Shown: one piece after another, positions 1 through 9,615 of the stretch
Layout of the letters: every line of letters begins with the position of its first letter
How positions within the stretch are numbered: the stretch's first letter is position 1
Origin: an uncultured Candidatus Saccharibacteria bacterium
GTDB lineage: Bacteria > Patescibacteriota > Minisyncoccia > Phycocordibacterales > UBA9973
Length of the DNA stretch: 64,000 bases
Direction: 5' to 3'
Assembly: GCA_964646765.1 (NCBI GenBank)
Contig: CAZYIA010000004.1
Coordinates: 13,887 to 77,886 of the forward strand
Program-made: the position numbers and the translations under genes
The notes under the pieces: model-generated
The model's input: the letters and a program-made list of their open reading frames with translations, nothing else
What the model was told of the DNA's origin: nothing
Databases searched by the model: none

Positions 1-156
1 GACGTGCTCAATGCGCTCAACGACCCCCGTATCGCCCCCATGATTCGGCTGTTCAGCACATTGTGGAAGGTGTCTGTCGGGATGTGTTCGTGCATGGAAT
101 TCGTCGAGATCTAGCGCGATGAAAACGACTCGGCAAAAGCGCGGCCGGGCTTAAAT

Positions 157-348
157 ATGAACATGGCTCGCCAGAAAGACACCAACGCACACCGCGCCGG
201 CAAGCGCAGCTTTCAGGCCAATCTCAAGCCCGCAGAGAACGAGCTGGTTGAGCGCGTGAAGACGATTCGCGGAGTCACGACCGATCGCGAGCTGCTCGTC
301 ACACTCTGCGAAGACGAACTCGATCGCCAAAGGAAACGCAAAAAATGA
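157..348 (+). CDS. Small basic hypothetical protein, possibly a ribbon-helix-helix DNA-binding or relaxosome accessory protein
   Basis: The 63-aa ORF has a predicted beta-strand then helix pattern (KRSFQANLKP / AENELVERVKTIRGVTTDRELLV) and a basic C-terminus. Its stop overlaps the start of the next gene (ATGA at 345-348). No family-level match could be verified. Confidence 0.3.
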   Translation: MNMARQKDTNAHRAGKRSFQANLKPAENELVERVKTIRGVTTDRELLVTLCEDELDRQRKRKK

Positions 349-890
349 TCAGGCACTTTCTTTTCCTTGCCGCGGCCGCGCTCTTCACCGGCTGCGCAAA
401 CCTGCCCGCCTCCACCCGGTCTGGCATCGACCTGTATCCCGTGACCGATGCCGGCAAGGCGAACCTCGCGCTCGCTGTGGCGCGTGCACGCGCGGATCTC
501 ACCACACTCGACGGCCGCGCGCTCTGGGCTGGCATCTACGCCGGCGAAAGCAGCCGCGGCTGCACCCGGGTTCGACTCAACATGGTCGAGCGGCCGGCGC
601 ATCAATGGCACTATCTGGCGTGCGGGGAAAACGTGCTCGAGATCCGGGACGTCGCGCCACAGCCCGAACGCGACGTGAGGATCGTTGCCGTGCTCGACAG
701 CCTTAGCGAGGCGGCCTGGAAGACCGGTCGCGTACAACGAATGCCTTATGACGGCTTTGAGCTCGAAGCCGAACCAGAAGGCCCGCCTGCCTTCACCGGA
801 TGCCGGCTGATCACCCAGCGATTGATCTACCAGGACATGCTGGTCGATGTCCGGCAGACCCGTACTTGCGGGCCGCGCGGAACCATTTAG
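345..890 (+). CDS. Hypothetical lipoprotein
   Basis: The N-terminus MIRHFLFLAAAALFTGCANL has a signal peptide plus lipobox (FTGC). The ORF is 181 aa and translationally coupled to the upstream small ORF. Confidence 0.5.
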   Translation: MIRHFLFLAAAALFTGCANLPASTRSGIDLYPVTDAGKANLALAVARARADLTTLDGRALWAGIYAGESSRGCTRVRLNMVERPAHQWHYLACGENVLEIRDVAPQPERDVRIVAVLDSLSEAAWKTGRVQRMPYDGFELEAEPEGPPAFTGCRLITQRLIYQDMLVDVRQTRTCGPRGTI

Positions 891-1909
891 CTTGTTGGGA
901 GGGGTTTTTTCAGGTCGTCCGGGCAGATGAGGTGCTGCATGCCATTGAGCACGCGATCCCCAAAACGCGCCACCGTCATGACGTAGCGGCAGTCCTCGCG
1001 ATACGGAACCTGCCGTTCTGAAGGCCACGCCTCGAAATGGATGCCGTCCTGCTCCTGTTGCATGGTCTTTCCCGTTGCGACGACTTCATGGGCCATCTTC
1101 TTCATGTTGTCAGAGGAAACGAGTTTGTAGACTTCTTCCGAAAACGGCCTCTCCGGTGTCTCGTGCACGTCGATCTCCACCCCGATCTTCCACCAGTACG
1201 CTGACCGGCTCGCACCCGGGATAGGATACCTGCCGGGCGTGAGGATGGCTTCCCACGCCACCTTCTTCTCCGGCGTTCTGCACACGAAGTACCCCCACGC
1301 ACCCGCCTCCTGAGCCCACAGGAGTTCCGCCACCACACCGGACGGGCGATATTCCTCCGGCGACGGCCTGAACTTGCTGCTGCGCCTGTTGGGGTCTTTG
1401 GTAACACCCCATATGCGTTCCTGGGGCGACATGTACATCTGCAACACCGGATCGATGAATGCGCCACGATCCTGGGCATGCAACTGCAAATTGCCGCCGG
1501 CCATGTGACAGAAGTAGGCAAGCTCCATAGCCGGGCGAAACAGGTTGTCGTTGTAGTCGCGCGAGTAGGTTGCGATGTAGGTGGCCTTCCCCGTCAGGCG
1601 CCACGCGTCTTGCTCTTCGCGCGTTTCCACGTAACGGTGTTCGACATAGGCTCGCACACCGCGCGGAACCCATGTTTCCCGCATCTCCGCCTCGAGTGGC
1701 GGCCGGTTGGCAAGGCGTGTGACCAGGTAGAGCAGCGTGACGCCAGCTGCGGCTTCGGCAACACCTCTGTTCATTTTTGAATAGAAGGCGTCCCGCTCCG
1801 CCGCGGAATAGTATTCCGACACCTTCACGGGCGCCATGAACTGCGCGCACCCGTTAAGCGTCAACGTGCACGTCAACGCCAGGACCAGTTTTGCGCGTGT
1901 GAAACGCAT
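887..1909 (-). CDS. Hypothetical lipoprotein
   Basis: The N-terminus MRFTRAKLVLALTCTLTLNGCAQ has a signal peptide and lipobox (LNGC). The 340-aa ORF has protein-like composition and is convergent with the 345-890 gene. Confidence 0.5.
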   Translation of the reverse strand: MRFTRAKLVLALTCTLTLNGCAQFMAPVKVSEYYSAAERDAFYSKMNRGVAEAAAGVTLLYLVTRLANRPPLEAEMRETWVPRGVRAYVEHRYVETREEQDAWRLTGKATYIATYSRDYNDNLFRPAMELAYFCHMAGGNLQLHAQDRGAFIDPVLQMYMSPQERIWGVTKDPNRRSSKFRPSPEEYRPSGVVAELLWAQEAGAWGYFVCRTPEKKVAWEAILTPGRYPIPGASRSAYWWKIGVEIDVHETPERPFSEEVYKLVSSDNMKKMAHEVVATGKTMQQEQDGIHFEAWPSERQVPYREDCRYVMTVARFGDRVLNGMQHLICPDDLKKPLPTS

Positions 1910-1916
1910 GGCCCGC

Positions 1917-2384
1917 TCAACCGGCGGTCGTTTTCACCGCACGCGAGCTGAACGATCCCTCGATGATGCGGATGCGGTCGCCGGCCGCGATGGGATTCTG
2001 GTCGTCCTGCTCCTGCACCAGCGCCATCACCTCGCCGTTGTCCAGCCGGTAGGTGATCTCGATGCCGGTCTTCTTCTGAGCAGCGTTCTCCGCGACTGCG
2101 CCTACGACGCCGCCAACCACGGCTCCCGCCACCGCGCCGGCAATTCCGCCGCGGCTCGCCCCGCCATAGGCCGCAATGCCGCCGAGCGTGGCGCCGGCGC
2201 TCGCGCCCGTGCCGGTGCTCGGAGCCTGGATCTCGACTTCCCGGATCTCGAGGACGACCGCGTACTTCACCCGCATGGCCTGCATCGCCTGGTTACCCTG
2301 ATAGGTCTGTGCCTTGTAGCTGGCGCAACCGGTCGTCATCGTGGCCGCAAGCAGCGCCGTCATTCCAAGTACGATTTTTTTCAT
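1917..2384 (-). CDS. Glycine-zipper outer-membrane lipoprotein (SlyB/Pcp 17-kDa antigen-like)
   Basis: It has the lipobox LLAATMTTGCAS followed by a long GxxxG-rich glycine-zipper segment (GATLGGIAAYGGASRGGIAGAVAGAVVGGVVGAV). This is typical of the SlyB/Pcp family. Confidence 0.55.
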   Translation of the reverse strand: MKKIVLGMTALLAATMTTGCASYKAQTYQGNQAMQAMRVKYAVVLEIREVEIQAPSTGTGASAGATLGGIAAYGGASRGGIAGAVAGAVVGGVVGAVAENAAQKKTGIEITYRLDNGEVMALVQEQDDQNPIAAGDRIRIIEGSFSSRAVKTTAG

Positions 2385-2399
2385 GTTCCTCTCCTTGAA

Positions 2400-2963
2400 T
2401 CAGTTGGAGCGCCACCGCATGACGCGGTAGACGCCGTCCTCGAGCGCGATCGTCCGCAGGTCGTCGTCCGAAATATCGTCGTACGCGACGCTGATCACCA
2501 TGCGCAGGTTGTTCAGCTCGCGAATCCCCATCTGGATGATGCGCTTTGCTCCGGGCGGCAGATCGGCCAGTTGATCGACACCCAGCGCCATCTTGTTCGA
2601 TCTGACGTTGGCGGCCGGATGGGCCCTGAAATCCTCCGGAGTGCCCAGGAAAGCCTCCTTGATGGTGAGCATCGGACTTTCCGGCCCCTTGCACTTGTTG
2701 TCGGTCGAGCTGTTCACCATCTCGCAGACGCGGCTTTGCATCGACTCGACCAGCCCACTCTGCATGTCCAGCCAGGTCACGTCGTAGCGTGAGTAATAAG
2801 TCCACGCAAGCGGTACCTTCGAGGAAATGAATGTGATGACGTTGGGCTTGGCTCCGCCCCAGTCGCGATACTGAAGCTTGTCTTCATCGATGATGCCGGC
2901 CTGCACGGCGTTGGCACACAGGGTGATGGCAAGGGCCGCAGCCCCCACGATCGATTTTCTCAT
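2400..2963 (-). CDS. Secreted hypothetical protein
   Basis: The start was refined to the internal MRKSIVGAAALAITLCANAVQA signal peptide (index 24 of the 210-aa ORF). A strong RBS (AGGAGG) lies just upstream on the minus strand. There are no recognisable motifs. Confidence 0.5.
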   Translation of the reverse strand: MRKSIVGAAALAITLCANAVQAGIIDEDKLQYRDWGGAKPNVITFISSKVPLAWTYYSRYDVTWLDMQSGLVESMQSRVCEMVNSSTDNKCKGPESPMLTIKEAFLGTPEDFRAHPAANVRSNKMALGVDQLADLPPGAKRIIQMGIRELNNLRMVISVAYDDISDDDLRTIALEDGVYRVMRWRSN

Positions 2964-3068
2964 CTCTCCTCCTCTTTGAAATCCACGAAACCCGCCTTTC
3001 ACCGTAGGCCATTGATGGCCACCACCGGTCATTTCGTTGCGTCGCTACGATTCTAGACCAATACCGCC

Positions 3069-3460
3069 AGAGTTATCCATACACCACCGTGCCTCTCCGC
3101 TGTGACGACCTCGTCTGTGGCGCTTGCCCCGCCCCCCTGTTTTTGAAGACTACCGGGCCTTCGCCCCCAACGCGCACAGCCCGGCCGCCCAGCCCGAGAG
3201 GGTGGCGGCCCCCCGGCGCAGCCGGGGCCGGGCGTGTCCGGCGGGCATGTGCCCGGAGGCCGCAGGCCGGAGCCCGGCGCCGCAGGCGCCGGGGCGAGCG
3301 GTAGGCGACCCCGAGTCCCCGAGGGGGAGGCGGCGCAGCCGCCTAGCCGTATCCCGCGAGCGGTATGCCCGTCCGGCGCAGGATGGTTGTTGCGCGGATG
3401 CCGCAGAAGCGCCGCGAGTTATCCGTACACCCGGCACGCTTCAGTTTGGCCGTTGCCGCA
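3069..3460. repeat. Imperfect 27-bp direct repeats (GAGTTATCCATACACCACCGTGCCTC / GAGTTATCCGTACACCCGGCACGCTTC) flanking a 340-bp segment of about 85% GC
   Basis: The repeats are at 3069-3095 and 3433-3460. The intervening sequence is extreme in GC with CCGG/GCGC-rich simple motifs and has no credible ORF. Confidence 0.5.
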
Positions 3461-3524
3461 ATACGAGGCTATAGTGAACGTACTGATCGCACGCGGCGCG
3501 TGGGCCGCGCACGAAGGAGAAACA

Positions 3525-3775
3525 CAATGAAAACTATGACTTTCTTTGAACTTGGCTACCTTGACCTGATCAAGGCGCTGTTTTTCGGGAAGAAGATCCG
3601 CCTGGTGCCCGAACCCCTTCCGCTTGGGCGGGGTGGCGCAGTGGTATTGGATCCCGACCAGGAAGCCGACTTAAACGAGAACCTGGGAGACTGCTCGGAT
3701 CCAGGCGACCGGGACTACTGGACTTTTGGGCCTGGTGGCGACGTCTCTACCCCCCGCCCTCATTTCGACACGTAA
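3525..3775 (+). CDS. Small hypothetical protein (83 aa)
   Basis: The internal ATG of ORF 3365-3775 is preceded by GAAGGAGAAACACA ATG (a good RBS). The upstream part of that ORF lies in 85% GC non-coding DNA. A convergent terminator hairpin follows the stop. Confidence 0.35.
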
Positions 3776-3776
3776 G

Positions 3777-3802
3777 CAGGGCGGGCCTGACCCGCCCTGT
3801 TC
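3777..3802. terminator. Bidirectional stem-loop between convergent genes (small ORF + strand, traG - strand)
   Basis: A perfect hairpin (CAGGGCGGG CCTGA CCCGCCCTG) sits immediately after the 3525-3775 stop and immediately after the traG stop at 3806. Confidence 0.5.
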
Positions 3803-3805
3803 CGC

Positions 3806-6800
3806 TTACGGTAGGTGCCGTTTCACCTGGTCGAAAATCTGCTGCAGCTCACCTTCGGTCGCATCGCGTCCGTTGGCATACGATCGCAGTTGAGTAGCCA
3901 GTTCCGGTTCTTGCGTGGCAGCCTGCTGCAATGCCTTCACGTAACCACCCGGTGAATCGTAGCCTGCGGCGCCGGCGAAATAAATGCTGAGAACTTTACT
4001 CATTCCATGCTCCTGTTGGCGGTGAAGCTGTCCCGCAAGACTGTTGATCCCCGCGGTAAGCTGCGCTTGTTGCCCCTGTTCCTCATGCCGCGCTTGAGCC
4101 GCACCGGTGGCTACGGCGTGCGCCTGAGCGGCCGGCTCCAGGTTTGGCATGGACATGGGACTGAAAGGCTGCTGGGTCTGGACTCTTTCTTCGGCGGCGG
4201 CCCGGGTTTCCGCGACCCGCTCATCGCCGTCAGTGGCTACGGCCTCAACGCGCCTGTTGCCCGCACCAAGAACGGAAGCCTCGGTCGCGGGCGTCGACCT
4301 GTCGGTATTTCCGGTGAGCGGCTCATGGGCAACCTCCGCTGCCGCCATAGCGAGCCTGATCGCTTTTGCCTTGAAGCCCTCATCGTCCGCGAGTCGGCGC
4401 ATGGTCTCCATATCGCCGGCAGCACCGGAAATACCAAAGAGAGCGCCCGAATGGTTTCCTTCGGCGTCCACCATTGCACGCGCTTCTTTCCAGACGGCGC
4501 TCTCGGACATGACCTGAGCTGACGTAGTGCCCGTATTACCTTGTTCAATAGTGCCATCGGTACGTTGATACGAACCGACTACCGCGCGCTCGCCGTTTCT
4601 GGATTCGGCAGAGAAGCCGTTCTGGGCAGCGAATTGCCGACCCGCTGAACGTCTGCCTTCGTCGCCGATGCTGCCCATGACATCATTGACCGCGGCGTGC
4701 AGTATCTGAGCCGCTGCCTCCTGCTGTTCGCGCGTGTATTGTCCATTTTCGTTGCGGACGACATCAGAGAGCTTCTGAGCCACCTGGGAGCCCCCCCCTA
4801 TGCCAAGGTCTAGGCCCTGATTGGCGAGAAGAGTCCTGGCCCTGGACAACGTATTTGAATTGGTTGTCGTGGTGGCGGGGTTGCCTGCTGCGGCCTGTCC
4901 TGCCCCCGACTTGCCGCCGCTGACGCCACCGCCAGACTCGGTGGTTCTGACAGCAGTGTCTCCACTGGCTCGAACCTGTGTCTGGTCTTTTGCGCCGCCG
5001 CCCAAACCGAGTCGGCTATCAAGAGAAAACACTTCGCTCGTATTGAAATCCGTACCTGCGATGCGGCGGGTGTCGCCGCCGCGGCCACTCGAAGTGCCGT
5101 CGGTGACAGACTGGCGCCAGTCCGCCCCGAAACGTGTCGTTATGGCATTGCTCACCTGACGCATGAAATCGGCTTTATCGGCTTCGCTATACCCGGCATC
5201 TTTCTTGTTTCCCGCCTCCGCGTAGTTGTCGTGGGTCCATCCGGAGCCACCGGTTTCCCGGTTGGTGTTCCCGATCCTGCTTTCGTTACCTGCACCAACG
5301 CTCGCGCCGCCTGTCCCGAATGTGTTTGGCCTGACGCCGGTGAGCGTGTTATCTGGACCATAAGAGGCAGTGCCATGAGGGGTGTTGAGTGTCGTTTGAG
5401 GCATGGTCCGCGTCGTGTCGCCACGCAAGTCCGCCCCGCCCCAGGCCACCCGGCCACCACTGAGATTGCCCGCACCGATTTCGCTGCCGGTTCGCTGGGC
5501 AATGCTTTGGCCGGGTGACATGAGGGAATTCACCATGCCGCTCATGGCGACGGCGCCGCCTTTCACGACCGCCAGCGCAATCGCCGGCACGCTGATCGTC
5601 ATGAGGCCAGCGATCGCCAGATCGGAAGCACTCATGGACATCATGTGAGGAATGTACTCGATGGTCCCCCCGAGACCTTCGGTCATGGTCGTCATCGCCT
5701 TGGACGAAAGCTCTGTCATGAAGCTGTTGATGACCGCGTACAACGGCGCCCAGAGTTGCACCCAGACAGCGGTCATTGCATATGCCGTCAACACCTTGCC
5801 GCCAAGCGGGCCGGCTGCGATCACGATGAGAAACACGATCGGAAATACCGCATAGATGAGCCCTTCGATGAAATTGCGGATTTTCGGCAATGCTCCCTCT
5901 GCAAGGATGCGCATGACCTTGTAGCTCTGCTCTTGCTGAGCGGCCGCCATGGTCGCGGCAAAGATGGTGCTTTTGTCCTCGTTGACCTCACGCAAAGAGT
6001 TGATGGACGCATAGTGGAGCACGGTTTCCTGAGCCGTGCGGGAAATTCCCAGCATCATTTGCTCGGCCGAGGCAATCACGTCGGGATGGTAGTGGGTGTT
6101 CGACTCGCCCGGGAACAGCCGCTTGCCGAACAGCTGGAGTACGCTGATGGTATCCAGGGCCGCGTCAATTTGGAGTTGCGTAACCGCTGAACCACCACCA
6201 GTACACGGTAGCGTCGATACTACGCCACTGGTGGGGTTGATATAAGGCGTGATACGCCCGGGGTTGAGCACGATTCCACCGGGGGCGGCTCCGGTAATAA
6301 ACTGCCACATGTCCGTGCTCTTGACCATGACGTTGATCTTGGCGGGGTTTTCGTCGAGTTCCGGATTGACGCAGCTGATGATGAACTGGCGCACATTCTG
6401 CTCGAATGTCTGATTCCGAAAAGTCGTCTTCGGCAGTTCGTCGGCGACCCTGGTGCCAAACAGGAATCCATAGTGGGAAAATTTCTCGTCGTCGACTGAC
6501 GTGAAATAGGTTTCGTAGGCGTTCGTCAGCCAGTAGCCTACTTTGCTGGTCACGCCGCCGAACAGCGCCAGACCGAGGGGCACGTTTTCGACGTGGTAGT
6601 TGTGGCCAAGGCGAACATCATCGATATAGACCGTGGTCTTCGGTACAAAGAAGATGCCATAGAAAAAAGTCAACGCGATGAACATGGTCATCATGTTTTC
6701 GCCACGAACACGCGCGATGGCAACACCGGTTGTGACAAGCAGGGCCAACAGGGCAATCGCGGCCATGAGTTGGGCGTAAGCCCCGCCTGCCGACCCTCCG

Positions 6801-6874
6801 GTGACGAGCACGACGGCATTGAGGATGTCGTAGATCGCCTTCCCGTTCCAGTATGCGTAGATAGTCTGTTCCAT
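3806..6874 (-). CDS. traG: Conjugal transfer mating-pair stabilisation protein TraG (F-type, VirB6-like N-terminal domain plus large C-terminal region)
   Basis: The 1022-aa ORF has a polytopic N-terminal membrane domain (MEQTIYAYWNGKAIYDILNAVVLVTGG...) typical of F-type TraG_N. Its long C-terminal region is G/S/T/A/N-rich low complexity. It is the last gene of the tra cluster, after traH, as in F and SXT. Confidence 0.88.
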   Translation of the reverse strand: MEQTIYAYWNGKAIYDILNAVVLVTGGSAGGAYAQLMAAIALLALLVTTGVAIARVRGENMMTMFIALTFFYGIFFVPKTTVYIDDVRLGHNYHVENVPLGLALFGGVTSKVGYWLTNAYETYFTSVDDEKFSHYGFLFGTRVADELPKTTFRNQTFEQNVRQFIISCVNPELDENPAKINVMVKSTDMWQFITGAAPGGIVLNPGRITPYINPTSGVVSTLPCTGGGSAVTQLQIDAALDTISVLQLFGKRLFPGESNTHYHPDVIASAEQMMLGISRTAQETVLHYASINSLREVNEDKSTIFAATMAAAQQEQSYKVMRILAEGALPKIRNFIEGLIYAVFPIVFLIVIAAGPLGGKVLTAYAMTAVWVQLWAPLYAVINSFMTELSSKAMTTMTEGLGGTIEYIPHMMSMSASDLAIAGLMTISVPAIALAVVKGGAVAMSGMVNSLMSPGQSIAQRTGSEIGAGNLSGGRVAWGGADLRGDTTRTMPQTTLNTPHGTASYGPDNTLTGVRPNTFGTGGASVGAGNESRIGNTNRETGGSGWTHDNYAEAGNKKDAGYSEADKADFMRQVSNAITTRFGADWRQSVTDGTSSGRGGDTRRIAGTDFNTSEVFSLDSRLGLGGGAKDQTQVRASGDTAVRTTESGGGVSGGKSGAGQAAAGNPATTTTNSNTLSRARTLLANQGLDLGIGGGSQVAQKLSDVVRNENGQYTREQQEAAAQILHAAVNDVMGSIGDEGRRSAGRQFAAQNGFSAESRNGERAVVGSYQRTDGTIEQGNTGTTSAQVMSESAVWKEARAMVDAEGNHSGALFGISGAAGDMETMRRLADDEGFKAKAIRLAMAAAEVAHEPLTGNTDRSTPATEASVLGAGNRRVEAVATDGDERVAETRAAAEERVQTQQPFSPMSMPNLEPAAQAHAVATGAAQARHEEQGQQAQLTAGINSLAGQLHRQQEHGMSKVLSIYFAGAAGYDSPGGYVKALQQAATQEPELATQLRSYANGRDATEGELQQIFDQVKRHLP

Positions 6875-6901
6875 AATGGATGTGTCCGTGCCGGAAAGCG
6901 T

Positions 6902-8404
6902 TTATTTTTGCCGGGCGCCCTGGAAACGCATGCCACGGATTACGTTCAGCGAAATACGGCCATAGATCTCTTCCTCGAGTTTCATGAAATCGAGGGTCGA
7001 CGCATTCTGCGCATTGATCTTGTCGTCGATCTCATTGCGAATGGCGCGAAGTTCGGAGGAAAGCGTGGCAAGGGTGTCGCGATAGTTGGCAAGCTGGACG
7101 GCGGATCCGGGAACCTGCTTTTCGTATTGATTGATGGCCTTGGTGATCTCCTGCACGACCTCGTCCGTGAGACGCGTGGTGATGTCATACGCGATCGCAT
7201 CAGCGTACATGGTGAGCACGATGTCACCGAACGCTGGATACTGATGCGTCGTTGCGAGATTGATGATGTTGCCAATGGGGATGGTGGTCATGGCAGCAAT
7301 CGCCCTCGGGTCGATGCCGTTTGGCAGGAGAGCGGGTTGACGCCGCTCGAGAATCGCCTGGCGCAATTCATGCAGGGATGCGTAAACCTGCTTAGCCATT
7401 CCCGGTACGCTTGTTGTACCTTGCCATACATTGAGGCAAGTCGAATCCCAGGAATCGGGTTCGCCACTACAGTGGTAGATATCAAGAGTGGTCCAGCTTG
7501 ACGCATCTTGCGCCGAGCCAACCCACTTCTTGAGATTGGCGACAGCCAATGGCGAAAAAGTTACTGGATAGAGGACCTTGTCGGGCGACGTACCCGGTGT
7601 CCATTTCAAGACGACAGTGCCCAGCAGAGTCATGATCATGCGCCGCTGATCCCAGCTCAAACTCGTCCAGTTGCCGCTCTTGAGCACACTCCAGGTGATA
7701 TTGGTTTCCTTGTCAAAAACGGTCGTCCCGCTATTGGTTGTCGAGGGTGGCGTATTCTGCCAAGTCGTGTAGCCGTTCGCCCGCGTCTCCTTGACCGCTT
7801 CGCCACGGTCGGTGAATATGCCTACGCTCGTTCCCCAGCCGCGTGCCGTTTCGCCGGCCGCGGTGGCCAACTTGCCAAGCGGCGTGTCACCGCCAGCGAT
7901 GGATTTGGCCATATCGCACGAGCTCCCGAGATGCCGGTTCCACTCTTCGACTTTTTCCGAAAAGCCCTGAACGAGTCCGGAAAGCTCGGGAGACAAGGCC
8001 GACAGTGCCAGCTGGAACAGCAGACCGGCTGCATTCTGACCGACGGCACGCAGCATCTGGATGAATTCGTCCTTGCTCATCATGCTGAACGAACCCATGA
8101 ACATGTCGATGCCACCACACCCGGCCTTCAGGGACGGAGGAGTGAAACCGAACGGTGTGTACGTCTTCCGAGGCGTCTTCCAGACAAGTCCGCCCCCGGT
8201 GATCACGCCTGCGCGCTGGGTTTCATAGACCTTGGCTCCCTGCACGTTCATGTTCGCGGACATTTCCGCGTACATGTCGTTCAGGAAGCTGGCGTTCGCG
8301 GGGACGGAAGCAATTGCACAGGCGGCAAGTGTGGCAACGACGGTCCTGCGCACAAAGGCGGGAGCCGGGAAGCGGCGACGGAGAGCGGGAAGAACGTGCA
8401 GCAC
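6902..8404 (-). CDS. traH: Conjugal transfer pilus assembly protein TraH (F-type)
   Basis: The 500-aa ORF has a signal peptide and lies between traF and traG. Its composition and length match F-type TraH. The first M may be a non-ATG start. Confidence 0.85.
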   Translation of the reverse strand: MLHVLPALRRRFPAPAFVRRTVVATLAACAIASVPANASFLNDMYAEMSANMNVQGAKVYETQRAGVITGGGLVWKTPRKTYTPFGFTPPSLKAGCGGIDMFMGSFSMMSKDEFIQMLRAVGQNAAGLLFQLALSALSPELSGLVQGFSEKVEEWNRHLGSSCDMAKSIAGGDTPLGKLATAAGETARGWGTSVGIFTDRGEAVKETRANGYTTWQNTPPSTTNSGTTVFDKETNITWSVLKSGNWTSLSWDQRRMIMTLLGTVVLKWTPGTSPDKVLYPVTFSPLAVANLKKWVGSAQDASSWTTLDIYHCSGEPDSWDSTCLNVWQGTTSVPGMAKQVYASLHELRQAILERRQPALLPNGIDPRAIAAMTTIPIGNIINLATTHQYPAFGDIVLTMYADAIAYDITTRLTDEVVQEITKAINQYEKQVPGSAVQLANYRDTLATLSSELRAIRNEIDDKINAQNASTLDFMKLEEEIYGRISLNVIRGMRFQGARQK

Positions 8405-8417
8405 GGCGGACTCCTGT

Positions 8418-9284
8418 TCAGAATTGGGTACCAGGCGTCGTTTGTGTCAGGAGGTAAATGCGATCGACGATTTCCTCCATGGCCAGGACGCCGCTACCGA
8501 GTGGAACGATGGTTTTCTTGTCGTTGCTGACAAGAAAGGTCGACGGCACGGTAGCAATACCCTCGCCGCCGCTGACATAGTTCGCAATTCCGTTGTCCGG
8601 CTTGGCGTCCGGAAATCCCGGAATGGGGCCGCCATCCATGCTGATTGCAAGGATGTCGATTCCGTGGCGTTTCTTGAGTTCAGCCAAAACCGGAGCTTGT
8701 TTGTGGCAGTAGGGGCAGTCCGAGCGGTAGAAAAAAATAATTCCGTGGTTCTTCGACAGGGCCGCGAGCGTTTCGGTGCGGCGTGAGTCGCGTTGCTCTG
8801 TCATCGCAAAGCGTCCGAAGGTGGCGAGCGGCTGCTTGGCGTTATAGTCGATGTCCGGATTTTGCCAGACAACACGGCGCCCCACGTCGGTGAACACGGC
8901 CGCCTTTTCGAGTACCCACGCCTTGGCTTTCTGATACTCATACAGATTGCCTTCTGTAGGATTGAAGATGGCCACATCAAGCAGACGCTTGAGTTCCTTG
9001 TTGACCTCTTCGCTCGAAGTCATCTCGTAGACGGTCTTTTTGGGCGCGGTCTTGTCTTCTTCCTTTGCTTCCTTTTCCGGCTTTGCCGGCCGATCCGGTG
9101 GATACCAGTAGAACCCGCGCTCAGGGTCATCCCAGATGTTCTGGTGCCACCAGCCGCCGGTGCTGTCGGCGTCGCGCGTTTTAGCGGCTGGTGTGTTTGC
9201 GTTATCGAGAGGCTGGGCGAATACCTGGACGCCCGAGAATGCGAGCGCAAATACTGTCAGCAGTTTGAGGATCAATCGTTCCAT
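8418..9284 (-). CDS. traF: Conjugal transfer protein TraF (F-type, thioredoxin-like)
   Basis: It has a thioredoxin-fold CPYC motif (FFYRSDCPYCHKQAPVL). The start was refined to the MERLILKLLTVFALAFSGVQVFA signal peptide. It sits upstream of traH as in F-like systems. Confidence 0.82.
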   Translation of the reverse strand: MERLILKLLTVFALAFSGVQVFAQPLDNANTPAAKTRDADSTGGWWHQNIWDDPERGFYWYPPDRPAKPEKEAKEEDKTAPKKTVYEMTSSEEVNKELKRLLDVAIFNPTEGNLYEYQKAKAWVLEKAAVFTDVGRRVVWQNPDIDYNAKQPLATFGRFAMTEQRDSRRTETLAALSKNHGIIFFYRSDCPYCHKQAPVLAELKKRHGIDILAISMDGGPIPGFPDAKPDNGIANYVSGGEGIATVPSTFLVSNDKKTIVPLGSGVLAMEEIVDRIYLLTQTTPGTQF

Positions 9285-9541
9285 TTGTGCCAAACGAACC
9301 AGGGCCATAAGAACACCCACCAGATATTGCGAAATGCCGTGGCGAAACTTGCCTCTCCGGGTGCGTGATTTGGCTTCGCGCCGTACCAGTGGAACACGAT
9401 CCACGTGCCCCCCGCGATGTACAGGATGACCATGAGCAGAAAGTCGGGGGTCGGTTCAACGCCAACGATCAGCGGTAACGCCATAATCACTGCCAGTGAT
9501 GGTAGCGCAATGCACATGTATAAGATTATGTCGCGCAACAT
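9272..9541 (-). CDS. Small integral membrane protein (hypothetical)
   Basis: The 89-aa ORF has two hydrophobic helices and a W-rich C-terminus (WWVFLWPWFVWHKW). It lies within the tra operon between orf219 and traF. Confidence 0.3.
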   Translation of the reverse strand: MLRDIILYMCIALPSLAVIMALPLIVGVEPTPDFLLMVILYIAGGTWIVFHWYGAKPNHAPGEASFATAFRNIWWVFLWPWFVWHKWND

Positions 9542-9615
9542 CTTTTTTGGGGGCGCTGGGCAGCGGTCAGGGTGATGCGTTAATCAGACGGTTGGCGGCC
9601 TTCGGGCCACCGCCA

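Noticed and set aside
1-114. Partial ORF fragment at the window start (…MIRLFSTLWKVSVGMCSCMEFVEI*)
   Set aside because: It is too short and truncated to assign, with no motifs.
213-1028. 271-aa minus-strand ORF overlapping the 345-890 lipoprotein gene (and similar ORFs at 299-535, 448-678, 800-1021)
   Set aside because: It is antisense to a better-supported gene. Its Arg/Gly/Pro/Ser-rich composition is typical of a GC-bias artefact.
3072-3083. DnaA-box-like TTATCCATA and TTATCCGTA in the 27-bp direct repeats
   Set aside because: They are only 7-8/9 matches and lie inside a repeat, far from repA. This was kept as a remark, not as a feature.
6593-7501. 302-aa plus-strand ORF antisense to traG/traH
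   Set aside because: It overlaps two well-supported tra genes, has no RBS and has junk composition.
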